Below are positions 49,001 through 59,224 of a stretch of 64,000 nucleotides of DNA, piece after piece. Numbering within the stretch: position 1 is the stretch's first letter; every line of letters begins with the position of its first letter. Position numbers and translations under genes: made by a program. The DNA comes from Malacoraja senta (Eukaryota), in NCBI GenBank assembly GCA_038087875.1, contig CM075995.1, positions 9,550,001-9,614,000 of the forward strand. Direction: 5' to 3'. The notes below the pieces were generated by a model. That model searched no databases and had not been told where the DNA came from. It was given only the letters and a program-made list of their open reading frames with translations.

Positions 49001-49356
49001 CATAGGTTTAAGATGAGAAAGGAGAGAATTAAGTGGGACCCCAGGGGCAACTTTTACAGGCGATTCATTACTGACTGCTTGTTCCCACCACATATCCAAA
49101 AGACTTCCTGATGATGGGTTTGTTGATCACTCTAAGTTCCCCAGATCAAGGGATGGAAATGGGAATTAGAGGAGTGGGAGAGGTGCTTGTTAATGGGTAC
49201 ACCAGAAACAAGAAAATATGCAGTACGGGGAAAACAGAGAAGGATCGGTTGGATTACCTTGGGAACAGAGCGAGTTGTTGAGACAAATAATCTTGTTCTA
49301 CTTGATGAGGGCAAGAGTGAACTTGAGAAACGAATGAGAACTCACCACCATTTCAT
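31035..49356 (-). CDS. Secreted F-type lectin (fucolectin-like), spliced model of about 174 aa: exons 49346-49356, 48671-48735, 40690-40972, 39612-39760, probable last coding piece 31035-31051
   Basis: All introns are GT-AG with matching phases (2,1,2,1). Product: MKWCIALLCLLALTCVFGIFTDPHY-ENLALRGTATQSS...AIDGN...CTRT...PWWRVDL...AEVHIG...E-CG...CNGFRGRYVNI...LSLCEVQVFG-RTLTPA(DSRRN*). The last exon is inferred. Confidence 0.85.
31400..31900 (+). mobile_element. Rex1/Babar-like LINE 3' fragment
   Basis: Remnants reading CIAAWYGN and KYRRLKVRTTRYRNSFFPSVIRLL. Confidence 0.7.
32815..35651 (+). mobile_element. HER1/CR1 LINE with near-complete decayed ORF2
   Basis: Motifs GITEMW, YRPPN, MGDFN, SPGPDG, NYRPVSLTS, GVPQGS, FADNTK and RPHLEYC, ending in a TATTGTCTATT tail. 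Confidence 0.92.
36925..38221 (+). mobile_element. HER1/CR1 LINE 3' part with internal deletions
   Basis: Collinear with 34200-35650 and has the same 3' UTR and tail. Confidence 0.88.
38573..39355 (-). mobile_element. 5'-truncated HER1/CR1 LINE
   Basis: ORF 38665-39360 is the RT C-terminus ending GEKAGTGY, with a TAGAAACA tail. Confidence 0.9.
39612..39760 (-). CDS. F-type lectin exon 4 (second part of the domain)
   Basis: Acceptor TTTCGGTTTCATCCAG| and donor G|GTAAGT. It encodes CGYIITVGAWNRIFCNGFRGRYVNIFLKGSRKILSLCEVQVFGRTLTPA. Confidence 0.92.
40338..40615. mobile_element. Harbinger-like element remnants (two right-TIR-like ends)
   Basis: 40338-40485 is collinear with 29296-29437. A second end GAGTGGGACAGGTCC lies near 40600-40613. 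Confidence 0.65.
40690..40972 (-). CDS. F-type lectin exon 3 (first part of the F-type lectin domain)
   Basis: Acceptor CTTTCTCACTAAACAG| and donor GA|GTGAGT. Motifs NLALRGTATQSS, AIDGN, PWWRVDL and AEVHIGDS. Confidence 0.93.
41965..42550 (-). mobile_element. Rex1/Babar LINE 3' fragment
   Basis: KKGQSHLYFLRRLSSFNV...MFYQTV...CSTECHRTCFFP. Confidence 0.85.
42605..44060 (-). mobile_element. HER1/CR1 ORF2 fragment (APE to RT)
   Basis: YRPPN, MGDF, KSPGHDG and QHGFMKGKS. Confidence 0.88.
45350..46072 (+). mobile_element. Non-autonomous retroposon related to the 14243-15250 element, with a different internal repeat
   Basis: Same layout: GC-rich start, T-rich and G-run segments, GC-rich repeats (GCAGGAGCTTCGAT-like x3-4), TGCCTTCCATCACAGTGA, then TGACAATA plus an (ATTCCT)n tail. 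Confidence 0.7.
46680..47385 (+). mobile_element. CR1 RT fragment
   Basis: KVDKSAG, NYRQVSLT, GVPQG and CADDTKIGG. Confidence 0.85.
47395..47453 (-). mobile_element. tRNA-derived SINE head remnant
   Basis: The minus strand reads ACAGTGGCATGGCTGGTAGAA (A-box-like) ... CCCTGGTTCGAT (B-box-like). Confidence 0.55.
47458..48498. mobile_element. Non-autonomous hAT-like DNA transposon in lectin intron 2
   Basis: Imperfect TIRs (ATGTTACAAAA / TTTTGTAACAT) and an 8-bp TSD CTGTATCT at 47450-47457 and 48499-48506. Confidence 0.8.
48671..48735 (-). CDS. F-type lectin exon 2 (signal peptide)
   Basis: Acceptor TTCTTCCCCCACAG| and donor G|GTGAGT. It encodes hydrophobic IALLCLLALTCVFG-IFTDPHY, and phase 1 joins to E-NLALRG. 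Confidence 0.85.
49346..49356 (-). CDS. F-type lectin coding exon 1 (ATG AAA TGG TG)
   Basis: ACG-ATG context and donor TG|GTGAGT. Phase 2 matches the next exon and gives MKWC at the start of the signal peptide. Confidence 0.75.
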
Positions 49357-49515
49357 CGTCCTGGGCTTCGGAGTTCAATAGCAGTGGATCGTTTCACGGA
49401 CACATCTACATTTTCAAGGAACAGCACCTCAGCTTAAAAAGGCACCGGATCTGAATTGAGTCCAAATTGCTAATAACGTTTGCTGACGTTAAAGTAGACT
49501 GGGAATGTTGGGACT

Positions 49516-49716
49516 TTGTATGATAATTTGCTGAACACATTCATCACAATGCCCCTTAAAGTCAATAAGGCTGTTACAGGATGTCTCAGAACATGAAATT
49601 ATCCTCACTTGTATGGGGCTTGTATGATAATTTGCTGAACATATTCATCACAATGCCCATTAAAGTCAACAAGGCTGTTACAGGATGTCTCAGAACCTGA
49701 AATTATCGCCACGTAT
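49516..49716. repeat. 104-bp tandem duplication upstream of lectin exon 1
   Basis: TTGTATGATAATTTGCTGAAC...GAAATTATC begins at both 49516 and 49620. Confidence 0.92.
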
Positions 49717-49809
49717 GCTTCACATTATTGAAATTGAAATATAGAGAACGACAGCAGCAAATACATATCTGTTCTCATGATGTGGCTTTCCGTTCCTAGA
49801 CCCATGATC

Positions 49810-50200
49810 ACAATTGTCAATGGACCCATCATCAGCATTTTCGACAGGCCCCGTGTTCCCCATTGTAAACAGACCCGTGTTCACCAATGTCAATGGACCC
49901 GTGTTCACCATTGTCAATGGACCTATGTTCACCATTGTCAATGGACCTATGTTCACCATTGTCAATGGACCTATGTTCACCAATGTCAATGGGCCTATGT
50001 TCACCAATGTCAATGGGCCTATGTTCACCAATGTCAATGGACCTATGTTCACCATTGTCAATGGACCAATGTTCACCATTGTTAATGCACCTATGTTCAC
50101 CATTGTTAATGGACCTATGTTCACCATTGTCAGTGGATCTGTGTTCACCATTGTCAATGGACCCATGTTGACCATCATCAATGGATCCATGTTTGCCATT
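49810..50200. repeat. 24-bp minisatellite, about 16 units
   Basis: Unit CACCATTGTCAATGGACCTATGTT, degenerating at both edges. Confidence 0.95.
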
Positions 50201-50567
50201 AAACATTGAACTATTTCATGATTGTCCATTCCATTGTGGACATCACAGACTCTCACAACTGGAAATTGCCCCACGTTCTCCTCCGCAACCATTAACTTCT
50301 CCCCTTGTTCACTCTGAATGCATTCTGCACTGACGAATCAAACAGTATTGCTGAAGGTAACCAGTCCCATATCTTTGCAGGCATCATAGCCTAAAAGTGG
50401 AATAACATTGCGGACGATGACATAGAATCGCAACCTGTATGGTTGATCCCCTAAGTGGCACTGCAGCTTCCCAATACCGACCGTATTGACCTTATGCGAA
50501 AAGAGTAACACTGGTAGGTTTTAATAGCTCTGCGTTCCTCAGACGATTGAACTGTTCCGAGACAGAA

Positions 50568-51110
50568 CATTGCTGGTGAGACCACATCTGGAGTATAGTG
50601 TACTGTTTTGGTCTCCTAATTTGAGGAAGGACATCCTTGTGATTGAGGCAGTGCAGCATAGGTTCACGAGATTGATCCCTGGGATGGCGGGACTGTCATA
50701 TGAGGAAAAATTGAAAAGACTAGGCTTGTATTCACTGGAGTTTAGAAGGACAAGCAGGATGCAGGAAAATGTTCCCAATGTTGGGCGAGTCCAGAACCAG
50801 GGGCCACAGCCTTATAATAAACGGGAGGTCATTTAAGACTGAGGTGAGAAAAAACGTTTTCACCCAGAGAGTTGTGAATTTATGGAATTCCCTGCCACAG
50901 AGGACAGTGGAGGCCAAGTCACTGGATCGATTTAAGAGAGAGTTAGATAGAGCTCTAGCGGCTAGTGGAGCCAAGGGATGTGGGGAGAAGGCAGGCACGG
51001 GTTATTGATAGGGGACGATCAGCCATGATCACAATGAATGGGGGTGCTGGCTTGAAGGGCCGAATGGCCTCCTTCTGCACCTATTTTCTATGTATTTCTA
51101 TGTTTCTATG
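50568..51110 (+). mobile_element. 5'-truncated HER1/CR1 LINE
   Basis: RPHLEY...GEKAGTGY with a (TTTCTATG)n tail. Confidence 0.9.
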
Positions 51111-51114
51111 ATAA

Positions 51115-52144
51115 CTGCGGACCATGTCCACCTTCGAAAAAAAGGAAGCGCCCTCTAGATGAGCTGAAAAGTCTTGTATATGCGGGACCGGGTAGCGGTC
51201 CGTGGCAGGAGCGGCTGCGCCACGTCCGCGACGATAAAGGTCCATTCGTATGGGTGGGAGTCGAAGGTTAGGGATAGGGTCCGCGTGGCATAGGTGTGGA
51301 TAGCATTATGGTTGACAGCAGTTAGAACAGGGCCTCGTTTATCAGCACGGGTGTCCAGCCCAGTCGGGGGGAGGGTGCTGACGATGGCCCAAGAGTCGAC
51401 CTGGAAACGAAGGGCAGAATGGTGGTCTCGCACGTAGAGGCGGTTATTTTGGCCGGTCAGACCCGACGACCATCAAGCGGATGTCATTGGGCATTTGCTC
51501 GAGAAACGCCTGCTCAAAGAGCAGGCAGGGTCGATGGCCATCCATCAACGCGAGCATTTCGCTCATCAAGGCGGGTGGGCGCGTTGGCCGTCCATGTGGA
51601 GCAGGCGGGCGGCGCGATCTCGGTGGCTGAGCCCGAAGGTATGGAGCAATTGGGCCTTGAGGCCCTCGTACTTGCTTATCGCCAGTGGGTCTTGTAGATA
51701 TGGCAGCAACCGTGTGGCCGTCTCTCAACGACGGAAAAATAGCGGTGTCGTCGACCACGATATCCCGAAGGTGGAACTGGGCCTCTATGTGGGTAAAGCC
51801 ACACCTGAGGCTGTTCGGCCCAGAAAACAGGCAGTTTGAGGCCCACAGCATTTTGCTGGGCGGCAGCTTGCAGGTCGAGAGTCTGAATTCCGATCGGACT
51901 AGCGGGGTCACCAGTTTGGCGAGTCGAGACGGTAGGTTGTACAAATTTCTTTATTTTAAAACGAGAATAAAGTTGTCACCCGATTCGTTAGACAGCCAAA
52001 TATAAACGATGCTTATTCTATTCATGTGGCGCTAGAATGAACGGTTAACAGATAAACCCGTGAAAAAGCTCCCGCGCTCATGTGACTGCGCCAGCCAATC
52101 GCAAGGGTTTGATATTAACAGGGCCACCACTAGGTGCCGCTACA
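51115..52144 (-). mobile_element. Gypsy-type LTR retrotransposon 5' remnant (LTR, PBS, gag, protease)
   Basis: The LTR begins TGTA at 52144 and a PBS-like TGGTGACCCCG begins at 51913. Gag remnants read CKLPP, IEAQFHL and LMSEMLAL; the protease-like remnant reads FQVDSWAIVSTLP. Confidence 0.8.
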
Positions 52145-52155
52145 ACATTGCATTT

Positions 52156-54520
52156 AGATACATAGATACATAGAAAATAGGTGCAGGAGTAGACCATTCG
52201 GCCCTTCGAGCCTGCACCGCCATTCAATATGATCATGGCTGATCATCCAACTCAGTATCCCGTACCTGCCTTCTCTCCATACCCCCTGATCCCTTTAGCT
52301 ACAAGGGCCACATCTAACTCCCTCTTAAATATAGCCAATGAACTGGCCTCCACTACCCTCTGTGGCAGAGAGTTCCAGAGATTCACCACTCTCTGTGTGA
52401 AAAAGTTTTTTCTCATCTTGGTCTTAAAGGATTTCCCCCTTATCCTTAAAGGCCTGTCTCACGAGTCTGCGGTCTATGGCGGCGAAACGGGAAGAATCTG
52501 CCGCCATAGACCGCGCACTCGTGAGAAAGTACAATTCCCGGGCCGTGCGTCGGTGCTAAAATAAATTCGACAATGTCCAAAACTAAATACTCACCGCACA
52601 ACCTCCACCAGTGAAGCACGAGTGCGCACGGCCGCTCGCACGGGCCACCGCCAGTATGGCTCGAGCGCCGTGCGTCAAGCCTCCACTGCCACAGCCTCCG
52701 CCAGTGAGGCACGTGCCGCCGCCAGTGGCGCACGTGTGCTGCACGGCCGCAGGCACAGCCACCGCTGCAGCGCTGCGATCTGGACGGCAGCCGCCACAGC
52801 CGCCGCTGGTGAGTCACGTGCGGCGGGCCGACGTCATCGCAGTCGGCCCGCCCTTTTTTTACTTACCGCAAGCACGTGGGACCCACCGTGTTTGAATTAA
52901 CTCGGCCCCCGCGCACCATCCGTGCGGCGCTCCGGTGGATAAGCTCGACGCTCTCGCCGTTGCCGCGCGGTCCTCGCTACCGGCGACGCCGCGCTTCACC
53001 GCCGATGACCGCAAACAGGTTTCTATAAGATCCCCTCTCAATCTCATAAATTCTAGCGAGTATAAGCCCAGTCTATCCAGTCTTTCTTCATATGAAAGTC
53101 CTGACATCCCAGGAATCAGTCTGGTGAACCTTCTCTGCACTCCCTCTATGGCTATAATGTCCTTCCTCAGATTTGGAGACCAAAACTGTACGCAATACTC
53201 CAGGTGTGGTCTCACCAAGACCCTGTACAACTGCAGTAGAACCTCCCTGCTCCTATACTCAAATCCTTTTGCTATGAAAGCTAACATACCATTCACTTTC
53301 TTCACTGCCTGCTGCACCTGCATGCCTACTTTCAATGACTGGTGTACCATGACACACAGGTCTTGCTGCATCTCCCCTTTTCCTAATCGGCCACCATTTA
53401 GATAATAGTCTGCTTTCCTGTTTTTGCCACCAAAGTGGATAACCTCACATTTATCCACATTATATTGCATCTCCCAAACATTTGCCCACTCACCCAGCCT
53501 ATCCAAGTCACCTTGCAGTCTCCTAGCATCCTCCTCACAGCTAACACTGCCCCCCAGCTTAGTGTCATCCGCAAACTTGGAGATGTTGCCTTCAATTCCC
53601 TCATCCAGTTCATTAATATAAATTGTAAATAGCTGGGGTCCCAGCACTGAGCCTTGCGGTACCCCACTAGTCACTGCCTGCCATTGTGAAAAGGACCCGT
53701 TTACTCCTACTCTTTGCTTCCTGTTTGCCAGTCAGTTCTCTATCCACATCAATACTGAACCCCCAATACCGTGTGCTTTAAGTTTGTATACTAATCTCTT
53801 ATGTGGGACCGTGTCGAAAGCCTTCTGAAAGTCCAGATACAACACATCCACTGGTTCTCCCCTATCCACTCCACTAGTTACATCCTCAAAAAATTCTATA
53901 AGATTCGTCAGACATGATTTACCTTTTGTAAATCCATGCTGACTTTGTCCAATGATGTCACCACTTTCCAAATGTGCTGCTATCCCATCTTTAATAACTG
54001 ACTCTAGCAGTTTCCCCACTACCGATGTTAGACTAACTGGTCTGTAATTCCCCGTTTTCTCTCTCCCTCCCTTCTTAAAATGTGGGGTTACATTAGCTAC
54101 CCTCCAATCGTCAGGAACTACTCCAGAATCTAAAGAGTTTTGAAAAATTATCACTAATGCATCCACTATTTCTGGAGCTACTTCCTTAAGTACTCTGGGA
54201 TGCAACCTATCTGGCCCTGGTGATTTATCAGCCTTTAATCTATTCAATTTACCCAACACCACTTCCCGACTAAACTGGATTTCATTCAGTTCCTCCATCT
54301 CCTTTGACCCGCGGTCCCCTGCTATTTCCGGCAGATTATTTATGTCTTCCTTAGTGAAGACGGAACCAAAGTAGTTATTCAATTGGTCCGCCATATCCTT
54401 GTCCCCCATGATCAATTCACCTGTTTCTGACTGCAAGGGACCTACATTTGTTTTAACTAATCTCTTTCTCTTCACATATCTATAAAAACTTTTGCAGTCA
54501 GTTTTTATGTTCCCTGCAGA
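52156..54520 (-). mobile_element. Young HER1/CR1 LINE (RT region) interrupted at 52449-53017
   Basis: Long ORFs 53732-54640 and 52859-53674 contain FADD and GVPQGS. The 3' UTR is nearly identical to the 15667-16152 copy. Confidence 0.93.
52449..53017. mobile_element. CpG-rich one-ended insertion with a Harbinger-like terminus
   Basis: It begins after TTAA with GGCCTGTCTCAC (compare GGCCTGTCCCAC in the MITE TIR), contains a hairpin at 52457-52526, and has no right TIR. Confidence 0.55.
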
Positions 54521-54960
54521 TTCCCTGCATTGCTGCAGATTCAACTTGTAATTTAGCCTTTGGGAATCCTGCACTAACATTCCCAAGTCACTTTGCACCT
54601 CTGGTTTCTGAATCAGGGAAGACTCTCGACCCAAAGCCACAAGTTGGGCTTTTCCTCAACCCGGCGCTTCGCCTCAACACAGCCACTCCAACCAGACCGT
54701 TCCGCTAGCCCTTGCCTTCTTCTTATTCACTACTCTCCCTCTGGCTGAAGCAATCGGACACCTGCTACGATCAAAGTCCCGTCTCTAAGGGAGACTTCCG
54801 GTGGCGCTATGGCGGCTTAGGGCACGCGCTAATCACCTCCGCACCGTCTAAAGCTAAAAACCTCGAAGATTCAAACCGGACAGATCTAAAAATACTCACC
54901 GGCAGACGTTCAGCAGTCGTGTAAGTGACGTGATCAGAACGCGACCCCGGTACTTTTAAA

Positions 54961-55853
54961 ATGCTGGGTAGATGCTCAGCAAAACAATGGAGGAAACATC
55001 AACTAGAAGATATTGAAGATATTGAAGGCCGCGAAGAAGCCTCGACCTCGTCTATGGAGGACATCCGTTCATTACTGTGTCAGGAACTTTCAACTGTGAA
55101 GGCAGAAATCTGTGACAAGATTGACAAGATTGATGCCCGTATAGAGGAGGTGAATTCCGAACTGAAAGTGGAAATCCACAGGCTTGAAACCGACATCAGC
55201 TGTAAGTTGGAACTTATTCTTGCTACTTCACAAAAACAAAGCGAGGCTATTCGGGAATTGGAAATTGCTGCAGCTCTAAATGCTGAGGCAACACACAGGC
55301 TGACGGTTGAGGTGGAACGTATCTCCGAGTTACTAGCTAAAGTAACAGAAAAATGTCTAGATTTGGAAGGGCGCTCTAAACGTCAAAACCTAAGGATTGT
55401 TGGAGTGAAAGAAGGCAAAGAACATGGTCAAAATTTTCGAGATTTTACAGCTCAACTACTTCAAGATGTACTCGCTTTGGATGAAAAACCTAGACTTGAC
55501 TGGGCTCACAAACTCTGAGAGCACGGTCAGACGGCACCAAGACATCTGATCCTGAGGATGCACCACTGCCATGTTCTAGAGGATATTCTGCAGAAAGTTG
55601 CCAGCAACAGAAACTTAACTTTTCAAGGTGAAAACATATACGAATCTTCAGAGACTTTCCTGCCGAAGTCGTTAAGAAAAGAGCACTCTTCTCCAAGTCA
55701 AGAGCTATCCTGAGGGAGATACCAGATCTCCTATTTGGCCTACTATATCCTGCCAAATTGCAAGTTACTTATAAAGAGGTTGAATCCTTCTTCACTGATC
55801 CTGATAAAGCATTCAAGTTTGCCCAGGACACTGTGGGATCTGTCAAGGGATAA
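54961..55853 (+). pseudogene. L1 ORF1p, disrupted
   Basis: DLEGRSKRQNLRIVGVKEG, RLDWAH, IFRDFP and LLYPAKL. Confidence 0.85.
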
Positions 55854-56466
55854 GTAATACCTTACTGAGTTTATACTGTGTTTATAATCAATAAGTTGTT
55901 ATAAACCTACAGACTTAGAGTCTGTTAATATGTCAAAATAGTATTAATAGAAAGTTAAGTAATAAGTGCCGCATGTTAGTTAAATTTTTTAATATTCAAC
56001 TACTTAGTTAGATCCCACTAAGATATTTAACTTCTGGGGAATGTTGATTCCCTGACGGATTTAAATATTTTTAGTTTGTTCTGTTTAGTTCTTATTAACT
56101 CCTTAAGGTGCGGAGTTATCCAACATTATCTATTTTACGGAAGTTTTCACTAACTTAGGTGGTATTCACTAGCAGCATTCTTATATGCTGTAATTTTTGT
56201 TGTTTTTCTTTTTCACTTTCTAAACTCTTTACTAAATATCTCATCTATCTTTACTAATGCACATTTTTCTTGGAGATACCTCTGGGGGATAGGGGAAATG
56301 GGGAAAGGGCTCACCCACCCAGCATTTAAAGGAAATATTTCAAATAACGTGTTGGACTATTTAATTCAACAGAGACCATGTAATCTTTAAAATTCAAGAC
56401 AATGTAGCTTAAGAAAATTGGGGGGAAAGGAATCACATTTTGTAGTTGGAACGTTAGGGGGTTTAA

Positions 56467-59220
56467 TAGTAAGATTAAACGAGTACTTACCAGTTTGAAG
56501 TTTGATCTTTATTTTATGAGGAGTTACGATGAGCGATTACGTGAAGAAGCCCCGCCAGTCCGCATGCGCGTCAATCTTCAAAGCAGCAGTGTGAAATCAC
56601 AGATAACAGTAGTTGAAGTAACATATTAAGACTTAGAGAAGACTAGAACTACCGAGTAATCTTTATGAGAGAGGGTAGGGAGCGGTGGGCACGTAATCGC
56701 TCATCGTAACTCCTCATAAAATAAAGATCAAACTTCAAACTGGTAAGTTCTCGTTTAATCTTACTATTTTACTTCGGAGTCACGTGAGTGAATCCGTGAA
56801 GATTTCAAAGCTCTGTGATTTCATGCCGTGAGAAACGGGTCTACACAACTATAACTGCTTCATTGACAGATGAGGGAAACATTCATAATGAATAAATAAT
56901 AGTAACTGCTCTCATCCAGGAGTAAACTAACCACTGAACCTAAAATAGAGTTGGCAAATACCCCTGGTCTGGCAATAGGTTATTATGAAATGTTCAGAAA
57001 GTTCGTTCGTTCGATCATCCTGCAGTCGCTAGGATGTAGTCCAGCGGAACGTACATAACCTTTGCTGCTGATGTTGTAGCAGCCCTGGTGGAGTGAGATT
57101 TGAAAACTATCAGTATCTACTCCTGCATGAGCCAAACCTCGTTTTAACCACCTGGAGATGGTCTGAACCAACACCTTTTTATAAAGTTTTTGTAATTAAC
57201 AAACATTGCTAGTTCAGAGCCTCTAAGGCTCTTTGTGAGCTTAACGTATTGTTGTATATGTCTGACCATACATAACCGAAGGTTCATGGGGTATGCCATG
57301 AAACTAGTTTGAGACCTCACGTCTGCTCTGCTTAACTAAACATTAAAATATAATATTATTTGCAGATGTAACCATCCTGTCCAGTCACAATATGTAATGA
57401 CTGAACCCGTTACGCTGAGACCAGCGCCATGAGGATACCTACCTGATGAGAGCCGAGCCAAAGCTCAGGATGTAGCTGGAGCCCCCTGATGAAATAGTGT
57501 TAATACCATGTCAATATCCCATACTGCCCTTTGCTTGTCCTGGGAGAACTTGTGTGAAAGATATCCTTTATAAACTCTGGATCAGAGGGTGAAACCCGAC
57601 AGAGTGAGTCCTGTTTGCTGCAGCAAAGATGATGGGAAGACACGTTGGGCACAGTTAATGGTCCATAACTTAATTTATTGTCAAAGACCCATTTGAAACG
57701 AACTCCAAGACGTCAGTTATCTGTACCGTATTAGATGTAACATTAGCATTCAAACACAACGCTTCCCATCTCCTGAAGAGGAAATGTAATGCTTATCGTT
57801 TTTGGTGCTATCCCTGCACTCTGCAATGAACACAAATATGGATCGGTCTGACAATCCGAGCCGCAAGAGCAGTCTACTCAGAATCTATGTCAATAAATTG
57901 ATTTTATCATGCAGAGGCTGGTTTCCCGAGCCAAAGGCTGAACCAGCAAAATTTTACGTTTAGAATAACCGTAAAAGGTTGTATTATTATTCCCGATAAA
58001 AGCGGGAAGCATAGCTGCATAGACCAGTCAGACAGAACGACAACCTAAAGCGGGATCTTGCTGACTTTATTGCAAGACCCGACTGATGAGGCAAAATGGA
58101 GGGAGACAAAAATAACTTCCTTCTCCTTGAATCGAGAATGTATCTTTCGCCACTGTTATGCTACATATTTTTGCAACCGGTAAATGAGCCTGGAAACAAA
58201 CTTAATGATATTTGGTGTTCCATCGTGCCATAATTTCCTTAAATACTTAATGATCCAATACCCATTTTGTGTTGCCCTTGATTGCACGTGATGATACTCT
58301 AACGCAAAATGATATTAGGTAAATTATTACAGGATATTCTGACTTGATTGCACCCATGTGACTAACATATTACTCCAGCATAGTGTATCAACTCAACGTT
58401 GAGCATGCAGATTATGCATATTCGCTCAATAACCCTTTAACCTATAGAATGCACCGTGTCTATAGGTAGTTGATACCAATAACTGAATAATTGTTAACTC
58501 ATGCAAATCTCCTCTGTCTCCGAACTAGAGATGGCATTCATAATTTTCCACCTTAGAGCCCCATCAGTTTCTAATATAACTGAAATTTTACTGACCAGAC
58601 TACTGGGGCAATGCTGAATACTGTTTGTCCTCCATTATTACCAGCTTCAGCTGGTAATAGCATAATGTCTGTCACAAAGCCCTACATGGCACTTGAGAGA
58701 TTACTACTTTGCACGATGTAAACTCCCCTACTTGCACAGCTGAATCACAGCTACTATATTGACAATTACACTTGATGAATAGAAGGCTGCTTTATCACAA
58801 CAAGATTGTTACAGGCTCCTATTAATTCCAATCTTTTACCCCAGGGCGGAGTCACAGGCTAAATCCCAATGATGAACAAGTCTAGTTGGTATCACCTTAA
58901 TTTTCTTAAACATAGTTTGAGGCTGAAACAGTTGATTTTAGCAACATACAGCGTTAGCATATCCTCCAATCAAGACATAACAAATGTTTTTGAGCTCTGA
59001 GCAGTCCAAGCATCGGTTTTAGTGATCTGGTAAATAGCCTGGGAACTGAAGTTAACCCATTTTGCAATGTTTTTATCATTGCCTTATCCAGATAAATTTC
59101 AAATGTCTCTGGTGATCTCCGTAAATGGGAGCATCCGAAGGAAATCAGATGCAAAGTTTCCTATTCGGAAAAATTTATACTGCACATGCGAGTTAAACGA
59201 CATCCGGCATCTTTCACAAT
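56467..59220 (-). mobile_element. DIRS right arm (right terminus, ICR, heavily decayed YR/MT/RH/RT)
   Basis: 56467-56543 is the reverse complement of the DIRS right end. The ICR/circle-junction copy lies at 56690-56800. Remnants read VQTISRWLK and NGLTSVPRLFT. Confidence 0.88.
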
Positions 59221-59224
59221 GAAC

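Noticed and set aside
49501..49520. NF-kB-like site (GGGACTTTGT) upstream of the lectin
   Set aside because: It has two mismatches to the consensus and would be expected by chance.
49810..50200. Possible CRISPR-like array
   Set aside because: The units are contiguous with no unique spacers, there are no cas genes, and the context is eukaryotic.
49720..50292. Repetitive ORFs in several frames (VNGPMFTI, NIGPLTMV, CQWTYVHH)
   Set aside because: They are by-products of a stop-poor 24-bp minisatellite, with no splice or homology support.
52859..53674. Novel fusion protein (RT with an Ala/Gly-rich C-terminus)
   Set aside because: It is read-through from a broken HER1 ORF2 into the GC-rich insert.
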